Source: an uncultured Acidobacteriaceae bacterium (GTDB lineage: Bacteria > Acidobacteriota > Terriglobia > Terriglobales > Acidobacteriaceae). From it: 64,000 bases of DNA. The stretch's first letter is position 1, and each line of letters begins with the position of its first letter. Where the stretch lies: positions 46,482 through 110,481 of the forward strand of contig CAWCMW010000006.1 in the NCBI GenBank assembly GCA_963796785.1, in the 5' to 3' direction. Of this stretch, positions 44,193 through 54,856 are shown piece by piece. A model generated the notes under the pieces. It made no database searches. It saw nothing but the letters and a program-made list of their open reading frames with translations, and was not told the origin of the DNA. The translations under genes and the position numbers were made by a program.

Positions 44193-44510
44193 TTATTCGG
44201 GCGTTGCGGGTTCCGGGGCCTCGAACAATTGCGGCAGGTCGCGGCCGCCGTAGACGACACGCTCGATGCGGACTGTTCTGGCGATAACGCGGAAGAGCAC
44301 AACATAACGGCCCACAACTGCGAGGCGCGCCCCTTCCCCAATTTCGGGACGAAGCTGATAGAGAAGCGGCTGCTTCCCGATCCTGACAATCGCATGCCAA
44401 ATCTCGTGGATGAACGAAACAGCCCGCTGGGGATTGTCTTCGGCGATGAAATCGGCGATGGCTTCAAGATCGCCTTCGACAAAGCGGGAGAGTTCTAGAA
44501 CCGGTCTCAT
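44193..44510 (-). CDS. ParE/RelE family toxin
   Basis: DLEAIADFIAEDNPQRA, RPEIGEGAR, YVVLFR, IERVVYGGRDL. Confidence 0.9.
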   Translation of the reverse strand: MRPVLELSRFVEGDLEAIADFIAEDNPQRAVSFIHEIWHAIVRIGKQPLLYQLRPEIGEGARLAVVGRYVVLFRVIARTVRIERVVYGGRDLPQLFEAPEPATPE

Positions 44511-44607
44511 AAGCCATCTTTTTCAATTTGCCGAAATCGTGGGACCCGCCTTGTGGTTGGGTCCCATTCGTGCCCGTGATGCACCAGCTGCACTTATGAG
44601 ACCGGTT
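44499..44607. mobile_element. 109-bp MITE-like element inserted in the toxin 5' end
   Basis: Perfect 15-bp inverted repeats AACCGGTCTCATAAG (44499-513) / CTTATGAGACCGGTT (44593-607), flanked by CTAG and GTAG. Confidence 0.7.
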
Positions 44608-44619
44608 GTAGGCGCATCC

Positions 44620-44904
44620 CTACGGCTTTCCCTCGGTATCCGCGATGGCCTGGTACTTGCGCTCAAGCCGTTCGAAGACGCCTTGGGGCGGGACACCCGG
44701 CGATGGGTCCTGCAAAGCTTGTTGCCACACCCTGCGCAACTCTTTGAGACCTTTCTTCCGTAGCGCGCGCTGGCGGCTCCATTCGCGCAGGGCCTCGCGC
44801 ACCACCTCGCTTGAAGAGGAGTATTCTCCAGCCTCAACTGCGGCGCGAACCGTGGAAACCATCTCCGGCGGAAGAGCAATGCTGACTTTTTCTACGGTTG
44901 GCAT
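44620..44904 (-). CDS. ParD-like ribbon-helix-helix antitoxin
   Basis: EKVSIALPPEM..AVEAGEYSSSSEVVREALREW. Confidence 0.9.
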   Translation of the reverse strand: MPTVEKVSIALPPEMVSTVRAAVEAGEYSSSSEVVREALREWSRQRALRKKGLKELRRVWQQALQDPSPGVPPQGVFERLERKYQAIADTEGKP

Positions 44905-45227
44905 TGGCGCACCATGGTAGGAACAATTCCTACCAAACGATAACATGGGTTTAGGGATTTTGGCGACACGCCCGGACGACGCCTCGATTCTCAATCGGCT
45001 GTTGGCCGATCCTCTGCTTTCCGTGTCAAGCCCCCGCCACGGCCCTTCCCGATCCACCCCAACCGCCAACTCGTTGGCCCTCCTTCACTTAGTCACCGCT
45101 TCACGCCCTCACTTTTTCTTCTCAAGTTTGCCGATCATTTCTGCCAAATCTCTATACTTGTCTTAGGTGGATGCGAGCCGCAGGCTCGTAAATCTCGTCT
45201 CCACTTGAGAGAAAAATAATTAAATAA

Positions 45228-45948
45228 GGGGCTATCCTAGATAAACTAGCGAAGTATGTTGTTTAACCCATAGATTGAATTGTAGTAGTTGAATGTAGGG
45301 GTTTGGGTTATTGAATCGCCATTCGCATTCCTTGAGAAACAGAGAGAAACTGCTGTCTGGGAATGCCATTAAAACGACGGAAATGGCGCTTGGCCTGGTT
45401 CCAGAAATTCTCGATACCGTTGATGTGATTCTTGCAATCGGCAAACAGTTTCGCATGGTTGATCCTGTAGTGCTTGAAGGCCGAAACATCCAGAACATTG
45501 TAGGAGGAGAAGGTGTCGGAATAGACGATCGAGTCGGGCACGATTTTCTCCTCCATGATGGCTTGCAAGGTAGAGCTTTTGATGTCGCTGATCATCCTGG
45601 CATAGACCTTGCCGCCTCGCTTTAACAGGCCGAAAACAGGTACCTTCCCAGCTGCTCCACGGCCGCGTAGTCCTTTACGCCGGCCACCAAAGTAACTCTC
45701 ATCCACTTCCACTTCTCCAGAGAACGGAGTGGCATCCTCGCTGGCCTGGTGGATGAGCTGCCGCAGGCGACAAAAATAATACGTCGCAGTCGTCTTGTTG
45801 ACGCCCACCAAACGGCAGCCGTGCGGGCTGTCGTACCGGCAACAAAGTGTTAGATCAGCCGTTACTGTTGGCTCCAAAGCAGACGGCTCTTGTGCATCTT
45901 CGCCATATTAGAAACCTTAGCTCTTCGCTACTTATCTAGGATAGCTCA
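45228..45948 (-). mobile_element. IS1595-family (IS1016-group) insertion sequence with degraded transposase
   Basis: IRs GGGGCTATCCTAGATAAACTAGCGAAG / TGAGCTATCCTAGATAAGTAGCGAAG; flanks TTAAATAA / TTAAAAAA; EVEVDESYFGG..RGRGAAGK, IVYSD, HINGIENFW; stop codons near the N-terminus. Confidence 0.92.
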
Positions 45949-45994
45949 TTAAAAAAATATCGGATATTTCGCCAAATATTCGCCATTTAACTCG

Positions 45995-46140
45995 TTTAGA
46001 ATCAGTAAACCTACTCCGAAATCGTCTGCAAACTGCATCGAATTGCGCCGAAATGGCTACAAACAACCCTTTTAGAATCAGTCTTTCCATCGCAGAAATT
46101 CGCGCGCCCGAAGATACGCCGTATCTCGCTCATTCTGAAG
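45995..46140. repeat. Short intergenic repeats TTTAGAATCAGT
   Basis: Exact copies at 45995-46006 and 46071-46082; inverted variant at 46129-46140. Confidence 0.45.
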
Positions 46141-46216
46141 ATCTTGTTTTCAAAATGAGTCCCAAGCGGCTCCGCCCGGAACGAGACCTTGAAGAGAGGC
46201 GCACAACTGACGCAGC

Positions 46217-47406
46217 CTACGCCGGCACAACACCCTTTGCCAGCATCGCCTTGATCCCCCGCAACGCCTGCCTCGTCCGCTCTTCGTTCTCAATGAGGGC
46301 GAAGCGGACGTGGTTGTCGCCGTAGTCGCCGAACCCGATGCCAGGCGACACCGCCGTCTTGGCTTCCGTCAGCAGCAGCTTTGAGAACTCGAGCGACTTG
46401 AGGTCGCGGTAGGCCTCGGGAATCTCGGCCCACACGAACATCGTCGCGCTGCGGCTTGGCAACTTGCCAGCCGGCCTTGTTGAGGCCGTCGACGAGGACG
46501 TCGCGGCGGCGGCGGTAGTTGTCGCAGATCTGCGCGACGCACTCCTGCGGCCCCTCCAGTGCGGCAATAGCCGCGACCTGGATGGGCGTGAAGGTGCCGT
46601 AGTCAAAGTAGCTCTTGAGCCGCGCAAGCGCGCCGACCAGCTTCTTGTTGCCGACCATGAAGCCGATGCGCCAGCCGGGCATGTTGTAGCTCTTCGACAG
46701 AGTGAAGAACTCGACGGCCACGTCCTTAGCGCCCGGAACCTGAAGCACGCTGGGCGGCTTGTAGCCGTCGAAGGCGATGTCGGCGTAGGCCAGGTCCTGG
46801 ATGAGCCAGAAGCCGTGCTCGCGGGCGAGCGCGACGAGCCGCTCAAGGAAAGGCAGCTCGACACATTCCGTCGTCGGGTTCGACGGGAAGTTGACGATCA
46901 GCGCCTTGGGCCGCGGCGTCATGCGCGGGAATGATCTCTTCAAGCTGCGCCAGGAAGCTCTCCTGGTTGTGAACGGGGACGCTGACGATGTGCGCGCCGG
47001 CGATGACCGGGCCGTAAATGTGGATCGGGTAGCTGGGGTTGGGAACGAGCACGGTGTCGCGCGAGTCGAGAATGGCGAGACAGAGGTGGGCGATGCCCTC
47101 TTTGGAGCCGATGGTGACGATGGCCTCGGTGTCGGGATCGAGATCGACGTCGTAGCGCGACTTGTACCAGTTGCAGACGGCCTTGCGCAGGCGGGGAATG
47201 CCGCGGGAGACGGAATAGCGGTGGGTGGGCGGCTTGCGGACGGCCTCAACGAGCTTATCGACGATATGGGCGGGCGTGGCGCCGTCGGGGTTGCCCATAC
47301 CGAAGTCGATGATGTCTTCGCCGCGGCGGCGGGCGGCCATCTTCATTTCGCCGGTGATGTTGAAGACGTAAGCGGGAAGGCGCTGAATGCGGGAAAACTC
47401 GTCCAT
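46217..47406 (-). CDS. alaC: PLP-dependent aminotransferase (alanine transaminase AlaC-like); two frameshifts
   Basis: [51 protein letters not shown]. Confidence 0.85.
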
Positions 47407-47894
47407 GATGACTCCAGTGTAAAGCGAGCGGACAGCGGAGATAGCGGAGCCAGCGGAGTTAGGCAGAGGAATGCAGCGGTAACCGCAAGCTCAGTGCTGA
47501 CACCTGAAACTGCGAGCTGATGATTTGGGGATGAGGTGGAGGCGGAGTCTAGGCGGCGCGAGCCGCCGCAGGCGCTGGCGGCGACGATGAGGGCGCGGCG
47601 AGTGGCGTGGTGGTGCATGGGTCAATTATAGCGAATGGGCGCAATGGAGTTGGACAGACCAGGCCAGAGCATCATGTTCGGTGGCCAGTGGGCCGGGACG
47701 GGTTGCGCAGCCGGTTTGCCGCGCAACTGTTCACTTTTGACCAGTTTTTGACCCATTTGGTGGGAGAATGGATGCAGGACCAGTTCGCCGCTACGAGCAG
47801 GGCCGCACTGCTTCCACGGGGGGAAGCACGGCCTGAATCTGCCGATTGCGCCCGCGCAGCCACTCTTCCTGCTGAATCTGCTGAGAGATGGCCG

Positions 47895-49481
47895 ATGAAC
47901 GTGCTGCTGATCTATCCGGAATTTCCTGAAACATTTTGGAGCTTCAAACACGCGCTCAAGTTTTTGGGCAAGCGGGCGGCACAGCCTCCGCTGGGCCTGA
48001 TGACGGTGGCGGCGCTCGTGCCGCGCGGCTGGAAGAAGCGGCTGGTGGATACGAACGTGGAGCGGCTGCGGGACCGCGACCTGAAGTGGGCCGATGTGGC
48101 TTTTGTGAGCGGGATGCACATCCAGCTTGAGTCGCTGCTTGATATCGTGGAGCGTTGCCGCGCACTCGGGTTGCGCACCGTGGTGGGCGGGCCGATTGCA
48201 AGCAGCGTGCCGGCGGCCGAGCTGAAAGCCGACCATGTAGTGATCGGCGAGGCGGAGAGCCTGATTGGCGAGCTGGCGCGGGAGCTGGAAGCCGGGACGG
48301 CGCGGGTGGTTTATCAAGCTGCCGAGCGGCCGGAGATGGCGGCGAGCCCGCTGCCCGATTTGAGCCTGATCAAGATGAAGCGCTATTCGACGATGACGGT
48401 GCAGTACTCGCGCGGGTGCCCGTTTAATTGCGAGTTCTGCGACATTATCGAAATTTACGGTCGGCGGCCGCGGACCAAAGCCGTGGCGCAGGTGCTGGCG
48501 GAGCTGGACCAGTTACTCGCCGCGGGCTGGCGCGAGACAGTGTTTATCGTGGACGACAACTTTATCGGTAACAAGGCGCGGGCGAAGGAGCTGCTGCGCG
48601 CAATGGCGGAGTGGCGCGACGCGAGACCGGCGCGCGGTTCGACTTTATTACTGAAGCGTCATTGAATCTGGCCGACGATGTTGAGCTGATGCAGCTGATG
48701 AAGGACGCGGGCTTCAGGTCGGTGTTTCTTGGCGTGGAGACGCCGGATGAGTCAGGGTTGATTGCGAGCAACAAGCTGCAGAACACGCGGCGGAGTTTGC
48801 TCGACAGCGTGGCGACGATCCAGAGCTACGGGATGCAGGTGATGGGCGGATTCATCCTGGGGTTCGATACGGATAAGGAAGACATTTTCGACAGGATGGT
48901 GGAGTTCATCCAGAAGAGCGGGATTCCGATTGCGATGGTGGGGCTGCTGCAGGCGATGCCGGGGACGCAACTGTTCCGGCGATTGCGGAGCGAGGGACGG
49001 ATCGTGGACGCGGGCGGCGGCAACAACACTTTTTGCGACAAGCTGAACTTTTTGCCGCGGATGGATTCGGCCAAGCTGGTGGAGGGCTACCGCGACGTGA
49101 TGAAGAGAATCTATAACTGCGAGGCCTACTACGAGCGCGTGAAGCTCTACCTGAACCGGGCGCATCCCAAGCCGGCGAAGCGAGCGGCTGGAGAGCGCGC
49201 GAAGAAGCAGGCGAGTCCCCCATTTCTGACTCGCGACAATATGCGCGCGCTGGTGAACTCGATCGTGCGGCAGGGAGTCTTCGGGCGGCACCAGTGGAGC
49301 TACTGGAAGTTTCTTGCGTCGGCGGCGACGCAAGTACCGGCGCTGCTTTGGCGCGGCGATGACGCTGGCGGTGATGGGATATCACTTCCAGGTGATGACG
49401 CGAAAGCTCGGCAAGGCGATGGACAAAGCGACGAAGGCGGAGACCGAACTGCTCGCCGAGACAGCCAGATCGGCTGAGTAG
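47895..49481 (+). CDS. B12-binding radical SAM protein (DUF4070-type); frameshifted
   Basis: LIYPEFPETFWSF, PPLGL, SRGCPFNCEFCDI, VDDNFIG, FILGFD. Confidence 0.9.
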
Positions 49482-49492
49482 ATTCCTGTTGA

Positions 49493-50519
49493 TTAGGCTG
49501 CCGGTTGTGATGACGACGCGGAAGCGCGCCTTGCCGCTCATCATGCGGTTATAGGCCTCCTCGGCCTTTTCAAGAGGGTAAGTTTCAATCATGGGCTTGA
49601 TGCCGGTAAGGGCACTGAAGTTGAGTGTGTCTTCAGAGTCCATGCCGGTGCCGGAGGGCCAGCCCGCGATGGTGCGACGGCCGAGGACGAGTGCGCCGGC
49701 GTTGACTTCGAATGGCTTGTTCGGGACGCCGACGACGATGAGCTTGCCATTTGGAGCGAGTCCAGCGACCGCGGAGGCAAGGGTCTCAGCGTCGGTGACC
49801 GTGGAAAGGATGACTTTGGCGCCGCCAAGTTTTTGCAATTCGGCCGCAGCATCCTGCGTTGTGGAGTCAATGTAAATTTGCGCGCCGAGTTGTTTAGCGA
49901 GCGGGCCTTTGTCGGCACCCCGCGCAATAGCCACAGTGCGGTAGCCGCTTTTGGCCGCGTATTGCACGCCGAGATGGCCGAGACCACCGATGCCGAGGAT
50001 GGCGACGGTGTCGCCGGGGCGCGCACCGCTGTTGCGGAGTGCGTTGTAGGTTGTAATACCAGCGCAGAGAAGCGGCCCGGCGTCAACGTCAGAGAGGTCG
50101 CCTGGAATGAAGGCGAGGGCGTTGGCAGGGGCGATGACGTAGTCGGCGTACCCGCCGTCGAAGCTGATGCCGGAGATGAGCTGATTTTCGCAGAGCGCGA
50201 AGTCGCCGCGACGGCAGGGTGCGCAGAAGTTGCAGTGGCCGCCATGCCAGCCGAGGCCGACGCGCTGGCCAACTTTAAAGAGCGGGACGTCGGGGCCGAC
50301 GGCATCGACGACGCCGGCCACCTCATGGCCGGGAACACGCGGGTATCTGAGGCCGGGCCAATAGCCGAGCTTGGTGAGCGAATCGCTGTGGCAAACGCCG
50401 CAGGCTTGAACGCGAATGCGAACGTGGCCGGGGCCGGGATCGGGAAATTGCTTTTGGATAAGTTCGAATGTTCCGCCGGCAGCGGAAACCTGCATGGCTC
50501 GGCCAGTCACTGAGGGCAT
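49493..50519 (-). CDS. Zn-dependent alcohol dehydrogenase; stop codon probably shifted by an indel
   Basis: CGVCHSD, PGHE, CNFCAPC, GIGGLGH, GKARFRVV. Confidence 0.9.
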
Positions 50520-50668
50520 GTGGGAAATTCTCCTGTCGTTTGGAGAGATGACCTGCGCTGGCGGGAGGATGCAGGGAGATGGATGTGGGAATGTGAATTG
50601 TGGATGGGCAGGCGGCGGGGCGAACGGCAACCACGGTGGCAGGCCCTGAAATTTATACTTGTTGGGAC

Positions 50669-51927
50669 ATGCAAGGATCACATTCACAAAAGTTTCTGCC
50701 TGTTGACGAGCAGATGGATCTGCTCCAGAAGGGCGCGGCGGAGATTATCCGCGTAGCCGATCTGCGGGAGCGCCTGGAAGAAAGCCGCAAAACCGGACGG
50801 CCGCTGCGCGTGAAGGCCGGTTTCGACCCGACTGCGCCCGACCTGCATCTGGGGCACACCGTGCTGATGCGGAAGCTGCGGCACTTTCAGCAGCTGGGGC
50901 ACACCGTGATCTTTTTGGTCGGCGATTTCACGTCGCTCATCGGCGACCCCACTGGCCGCAACGTCACGCGCAAGCCGCTCACGCGTGCCGAGATCGACAA
51001 GAATGCCGAAACCTATAAGCAGCAGGTGTTCAGGATTCTCGATCGAGAAAACTGACCGAGGTGCGCTACAACTCGGAGTGGTTGGGCAAGCTCGGCTACG
51101 AGGAGACGATACGGCTGACTGCGCACTTCACCGTGAGCCAGATGCTCGAGCGCGACGAGTTTCACAAGCGATTCCAGGAAGAGCAGCCGATCAGCCTGCA
51201 CGAGCTTCTGTACCCGGTGATGCAGGGGTACGACTCGGTGTGCCTGGAGTGCGACGTGGAGCTCGGCGGGACGGACCAGAAATTCAATCTTCTCTGCGGG
51301 CGCGAGTTGCAACGCCACTACGGGCAGAAGCCGCAGATCGTGCTGATGACGCCGATTCTGGAGGGGCTGGACGGCGTGCAGAAGATGAGCAAGTCGCTGG
51401 GCAACGCCATCGGGATCAATGAGCCGGCGAGCGAGATGTACGGGAAGCTGATGAGCATCTCGGACGAGCTGATGTGGAAGTACTGGGTGCTGCTGACGGA
51501 CCTGAAGCAAAGCGAAATCGACGCGATGCGGGCAGAGGTTGCTGCGGGCAAGCTGCATCCGATGGAGACCAAGAAAAAACTGGCGCGGACGATTGTGGCT
51601 GGATTTCACGGCGAAGCGGCTGCCGAAAGCGCGGACGAAAACTGGGCGCGGATGTTTCAGCAGAAGGGCGAAAGCGAGGACCTCGAAGAGGTTACGATCG
51701 CGTTCGCGGACGTGGCCGGCGCGGAAGCGAATCAGATTCGGCTGCCGAAACTGCTGGTGGCGATTGGCCTGGCCGCGAGCGGAGCCGAGGCCAACCGGAA
51801 GATTGCGGAGAAGGCCGTTAAAGTTGACGGCGACGTGGCAGGCGGTGCGATGATTTCGGTGGGTGCGCTGCCAGTGCGGTTGGTAGTGCGGTTGGGGAAA
51901 AGGGCGAAGGTGGCGGTGATTAGTTAG
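50669..51927 (+). CDS. tyrS: Tyrosine--tRNA ligase; frameshift near 51050
   Basis: [29 protein letters not shown]-terminal S4-like domain. Confidence 0.95.
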
Positions 51928-52271
51928 AAAGTCTGCGACCGCACTAAGCGGCAAAGACGAGAATGCGAGCAGAGGCGAGATGCCGGATGAACCGGATGAA
52001 CTTGAAGGGATAAGGCCTCGGTTCTTTTCGCGGCGGAGTCGGATCAAACCGTCATCGTGAATACTGAATCACACCGAGCCACGTTGGCGCCCCCTGACGT
52101 GCGGCAGGTCACATCAGATAATCCCAGAACAGGCTATCGTCATCGAATCGATCCGACCAGGGAAGAACTGTGCCTGGCGATGCAAGGCCAATTGAAGTTG
52201 CCCGCTTTCCATAGCGGATTGCCTGCAGTGCGCAGGCGTTTTCCGGCGTTGATTCTTGCGGTGTGCTGCTT

Positions 52272-53222
52272 ATGGAAAGTCATCCAGACAAGACAGTCTC
52301 ATCAGGTTCGAAAGCCATAAGGGCCTATTGCGACGGCATCGATCGTCCGGTGCAGAATCTCGGCGATGGGCTGGGTATCCACATATTGCACGCCTTGGGA
52401 TTCAGGTGCGTAAGGACGCGCGCGCGGACGCGGGATGTGGTGAACCCGGGAAGGTTTTTGTGTTCGACGGGGTCGCTTCTCACTTCTGAATCGATTCAAA
52501 AGTTCACCTGCCCCGTCGACATTTGGGGAAGCGGTTGGAAGGGGCGCGACCGTTGGCAATTCGTGGAAGCCGACATGAAGGTGCATGCGGTTCGCGGACC
52601 GCTAACCGCAGAGGGGCTTGGCCTGGCAAAGGAAACACCACTCGGCGATCCAGCCCTTCTGGTGCCATGGCTGTTTCCGATCAAGGCCCAAAAGCACCAG
52701 AAATCAATTTTGATGCAGCATCTCTTCAGAATCGGCTCGCCTGCTGCGGACCAGGCTGCGCTGGCTACCGGTTGTGACGAAATCCTGACGAGCCTGGTCT
52801 ACGCACCGATGAATCGGAACAGCTTGGCGCTGATCGATTTGCGGGGAATCCTTGCAAACGCGTGGCTATGGAGCATTTACCGGAACGCCACCATCCACAC
52901 TGTGTGGGATTTGCTGGCAAAGATCGCCGGAGCCTCGTTCGTACTGACCGGCAGTCTTCATGGCGCTGTGCTGGCTCAAGCCTTCGGAGTTCCCTGGGCC
53001 GCCTATACCGATGGGTATGTGGATGCACCGCCAAAATGGGCGGATTGGGGAGCGTATCTGGGGATTGAGATCGAATTCGTTCGGAGACGCCAGGAAGCGG
53101 ATGAATGGTGGAACGAAGTCGGCCGGCATGCGAGGCTCAGATCTCTGCGGCCACTTTTGGAGGCCTTTCCCTACATCGAACATTCACCGCGAGCGCAAAA
53201 CCTGGCGAGGGTCGTCGACTAA
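52272..53222 (+). CDS. Polysaccharide pyruvyl transferase-like protein
   Basis: NLGD, WGSG, AVRGPLT, GDPALL, VLTGSLHG..AQAFGVP. Confidence 0.8.
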   Translation: MESHPDKTVSSGSKAIRAYCDGIDRPVQNLGDGLGIHILHALGFRCVRTRARTRDVVNPGRFLCSTGSLLTSESIQKFTCPVDIWGSGWKGRDRWQFVEADMKVHAVRGPLTAEGLGLAKETPLGDPALLVPWLFPIKAQKHQKSILMQHLFRIGSPAADQAALATGCDEILTSLVYAPMNRNSLALIDLRGILANAWLWSIYRNATIHTVWDLLAKIAGASFVLTGSLHGAVLAQAFGVPWAAYTDGYVDAPPKWADWGAYLGIEIEFVRRRQEADEWWNEVGRHARLRSLRPLLEAFPYIEHSPRAQNLARVVD

Positions 53223-53300
53223 GAAGAAAGCTCATATCCCAGATGCGAATGCCGACAAGGGCATTTGTTCAGGAGGACAAGCAGGTGTTGACAGCCAACG

Positions 53301-54752
53301 CTAGCTGCTGAGGGCAAACGCGCGCGCGGAGTCGAGGAGCTTGGCGACGGATTCCTTCGAGCAGGACTCGGCGTAGATGCGCAGAAGGGGCTCGGTGCCG
53401 CTGGCGCGCAGCAGCAGCCAGGTTTCGGCGGCCTTCGGCTTGGTTGTCGCTTCAGGGTTGTCGAGATAGAACTTGACGCCGTCCAGATTCTCCTGGTTGT
53501 AAATGGCCATGCCGGCAAAGACCGGGTCGCCAGGCTTGAGCGAGCGGGCGCGGGCGATGGCGGCGTTTTTCTGCTCGTCGGGAATGTGGAGATCGATGCG
53601 GCCGTACTGGTGCTCGCCGTACTCTTCCTGAAGATCGGCGACAAGCTCGCCAAGCGTTTTCTTTTCCTGCGCCATGACGTTCGCGAGCATCAGGCAGTTG
53701 AGCAGGCCATCGCGCTCGGGTAGATGGCGCTGGAAGCCGATGCCGCCGGACTCCTCGCCGCCCATCACGATTTCGCGCTCGAGCATGAGGTCGCAGACAA
53801 ACTTGAAACCGATGCCGTGCTCGATGAGCTCGCGGCCGTGCTTCATGGCGATGCGGTCGAGCATCTTGGTGGTGTTGAAGGCGCGGGTGACAGCGCCGGG
53901 CCAGTCTTTATATTTCAAGACCCAACTGAGAAGCACGGAATAGATCTTGTGCGGGTCGACGAAGTTGCCGTGTTCGTCTGTCGCGCCGATGCGGTCAGCG
54001 TCGCCGTCGGTGCACAGGCCCGCCTGGCAACCGTTGGCCACAACCGCCTCGCCAAGGGCGCGGATATTCGGCTCGATAGGCTCGGGATTGATGCCGGGAA
54101 AAAGCGGATCGGGATTGGAGCGGATCGGAACGTTGGCCACGCCGATGCGATTAAAAATGTCAGACAGAATCGTCGCGCCCGCTCCGTACATGGAATCGAT
54201 GCAGAACTTCATTCCGGATTTCGAAATGAGATCAAGGTCGGCGAAGTTCTCGATGGCCTTGAGATAGGTGGGCAGGAAATCGACTTCCGTAATGGTCGCG
54301 GGTTGCGAGGCGCGCGGGACGGGTTTGCCGAGATACGACTCAATGGCTTTGATCATGGAGGGCTTGCCCGAGCCACCGTACCAACCCTTGTACTTGACGC
54401 CGTTCCACTGCGCCGGGTTGTGCGACGAGGTGATCATGATGCCGCCGGCAGCGCCATGCTCGCGCACGCCCCAGCTGAGCGCCGGGGTGGGCGTGACGGC
54501 CTTGGCCAGCATGACGGGGATTCCGGTGGTCGCGACGACTTCAGCACAGGCATGGGCAAAATCTTTCGACCCAAAGCGCGTGTCGTAGCCGATGCAAAGG
54601 CCTCTCGAAGGATCCTCCTGCGCCGAGCACTTCTGAGCGTGGATGTAAGCGCCAATGGCATCGGCAGCGATGCGGACGTTGGCGAACGTAAAGTCGTCGG
54701 CGATGACGCCGCGCCAGCCGTCGGTGCCGAATTTGATGACGGGATCGGGCAT
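53301..54752 (-). CDS. Phosphoglucomutase/phosphomannomutase
   Basis: FGTDGWRG, TSSHNP, DGDADR, GEESGG, RASGTEP. Confidence 0.95.
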   Translation of the reverse strand: MPDPVIKFGTDGWRGVIADDFTFANVRIAADAIGAYIHAQKCSAQEDPSRGLCIGYDTRFGSKDFAHACAEVVATTGIPVMLAKAVTPTPALSWGVREHGAAGGIMITSSHNPAQWNGVKYKGWYGGSGKPSMIKAIESYLGKPVPRASQPATITEVDFLPTYLKAIENFADLDLISKSGMKFCIDSMYGAGATILSDIFNRIGVANVPIRSNPDPLFPGINPEPIEPNIRALGEAVVANGCQAGLCTDGDADRIGATDEHGNFVDPHKIYSVLLSWVLKYKDWPGAVTRAFNTTKMLDRIAMKHGRELIEHGIGFKFVCDLMLEREIVMGGEESGGIGFQRHLPERDGLLNCLMLANVMAQEKKTLGELVADLQEEYGEHQYGRIDLHIPDEQKNAAIARARSLKPGDPVFAGMAIYNQENLDGVKFYLDNPEATTKPKAAETWLLLRASGTEPLLRIYAESCSKESVAKLLDSARAFALSS

Positions 54753-54856
54753 GGATCGTTTTCAGCGCTTCGTATGAAGCAAATGAAAACAATAACAGGC
54801 TGAGCGGTGCGTGTACACGAGTCGGAGGGTGAGGAGTCCCGACCGGGAGTATTCTT

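Noticed and set aside
48906-50687. 593-aa extended alcohol dehydrogenase
   Set aside because: The extension runs antisense through the radical SAM gene and is best explained by a lost stop near 49493.
51040-51065. Programmed frameshift in tyrS (and in other split genes)
   Set aside because: No convincing recoding signal; indels are scattered across the whole window, consistent with sequencing error.
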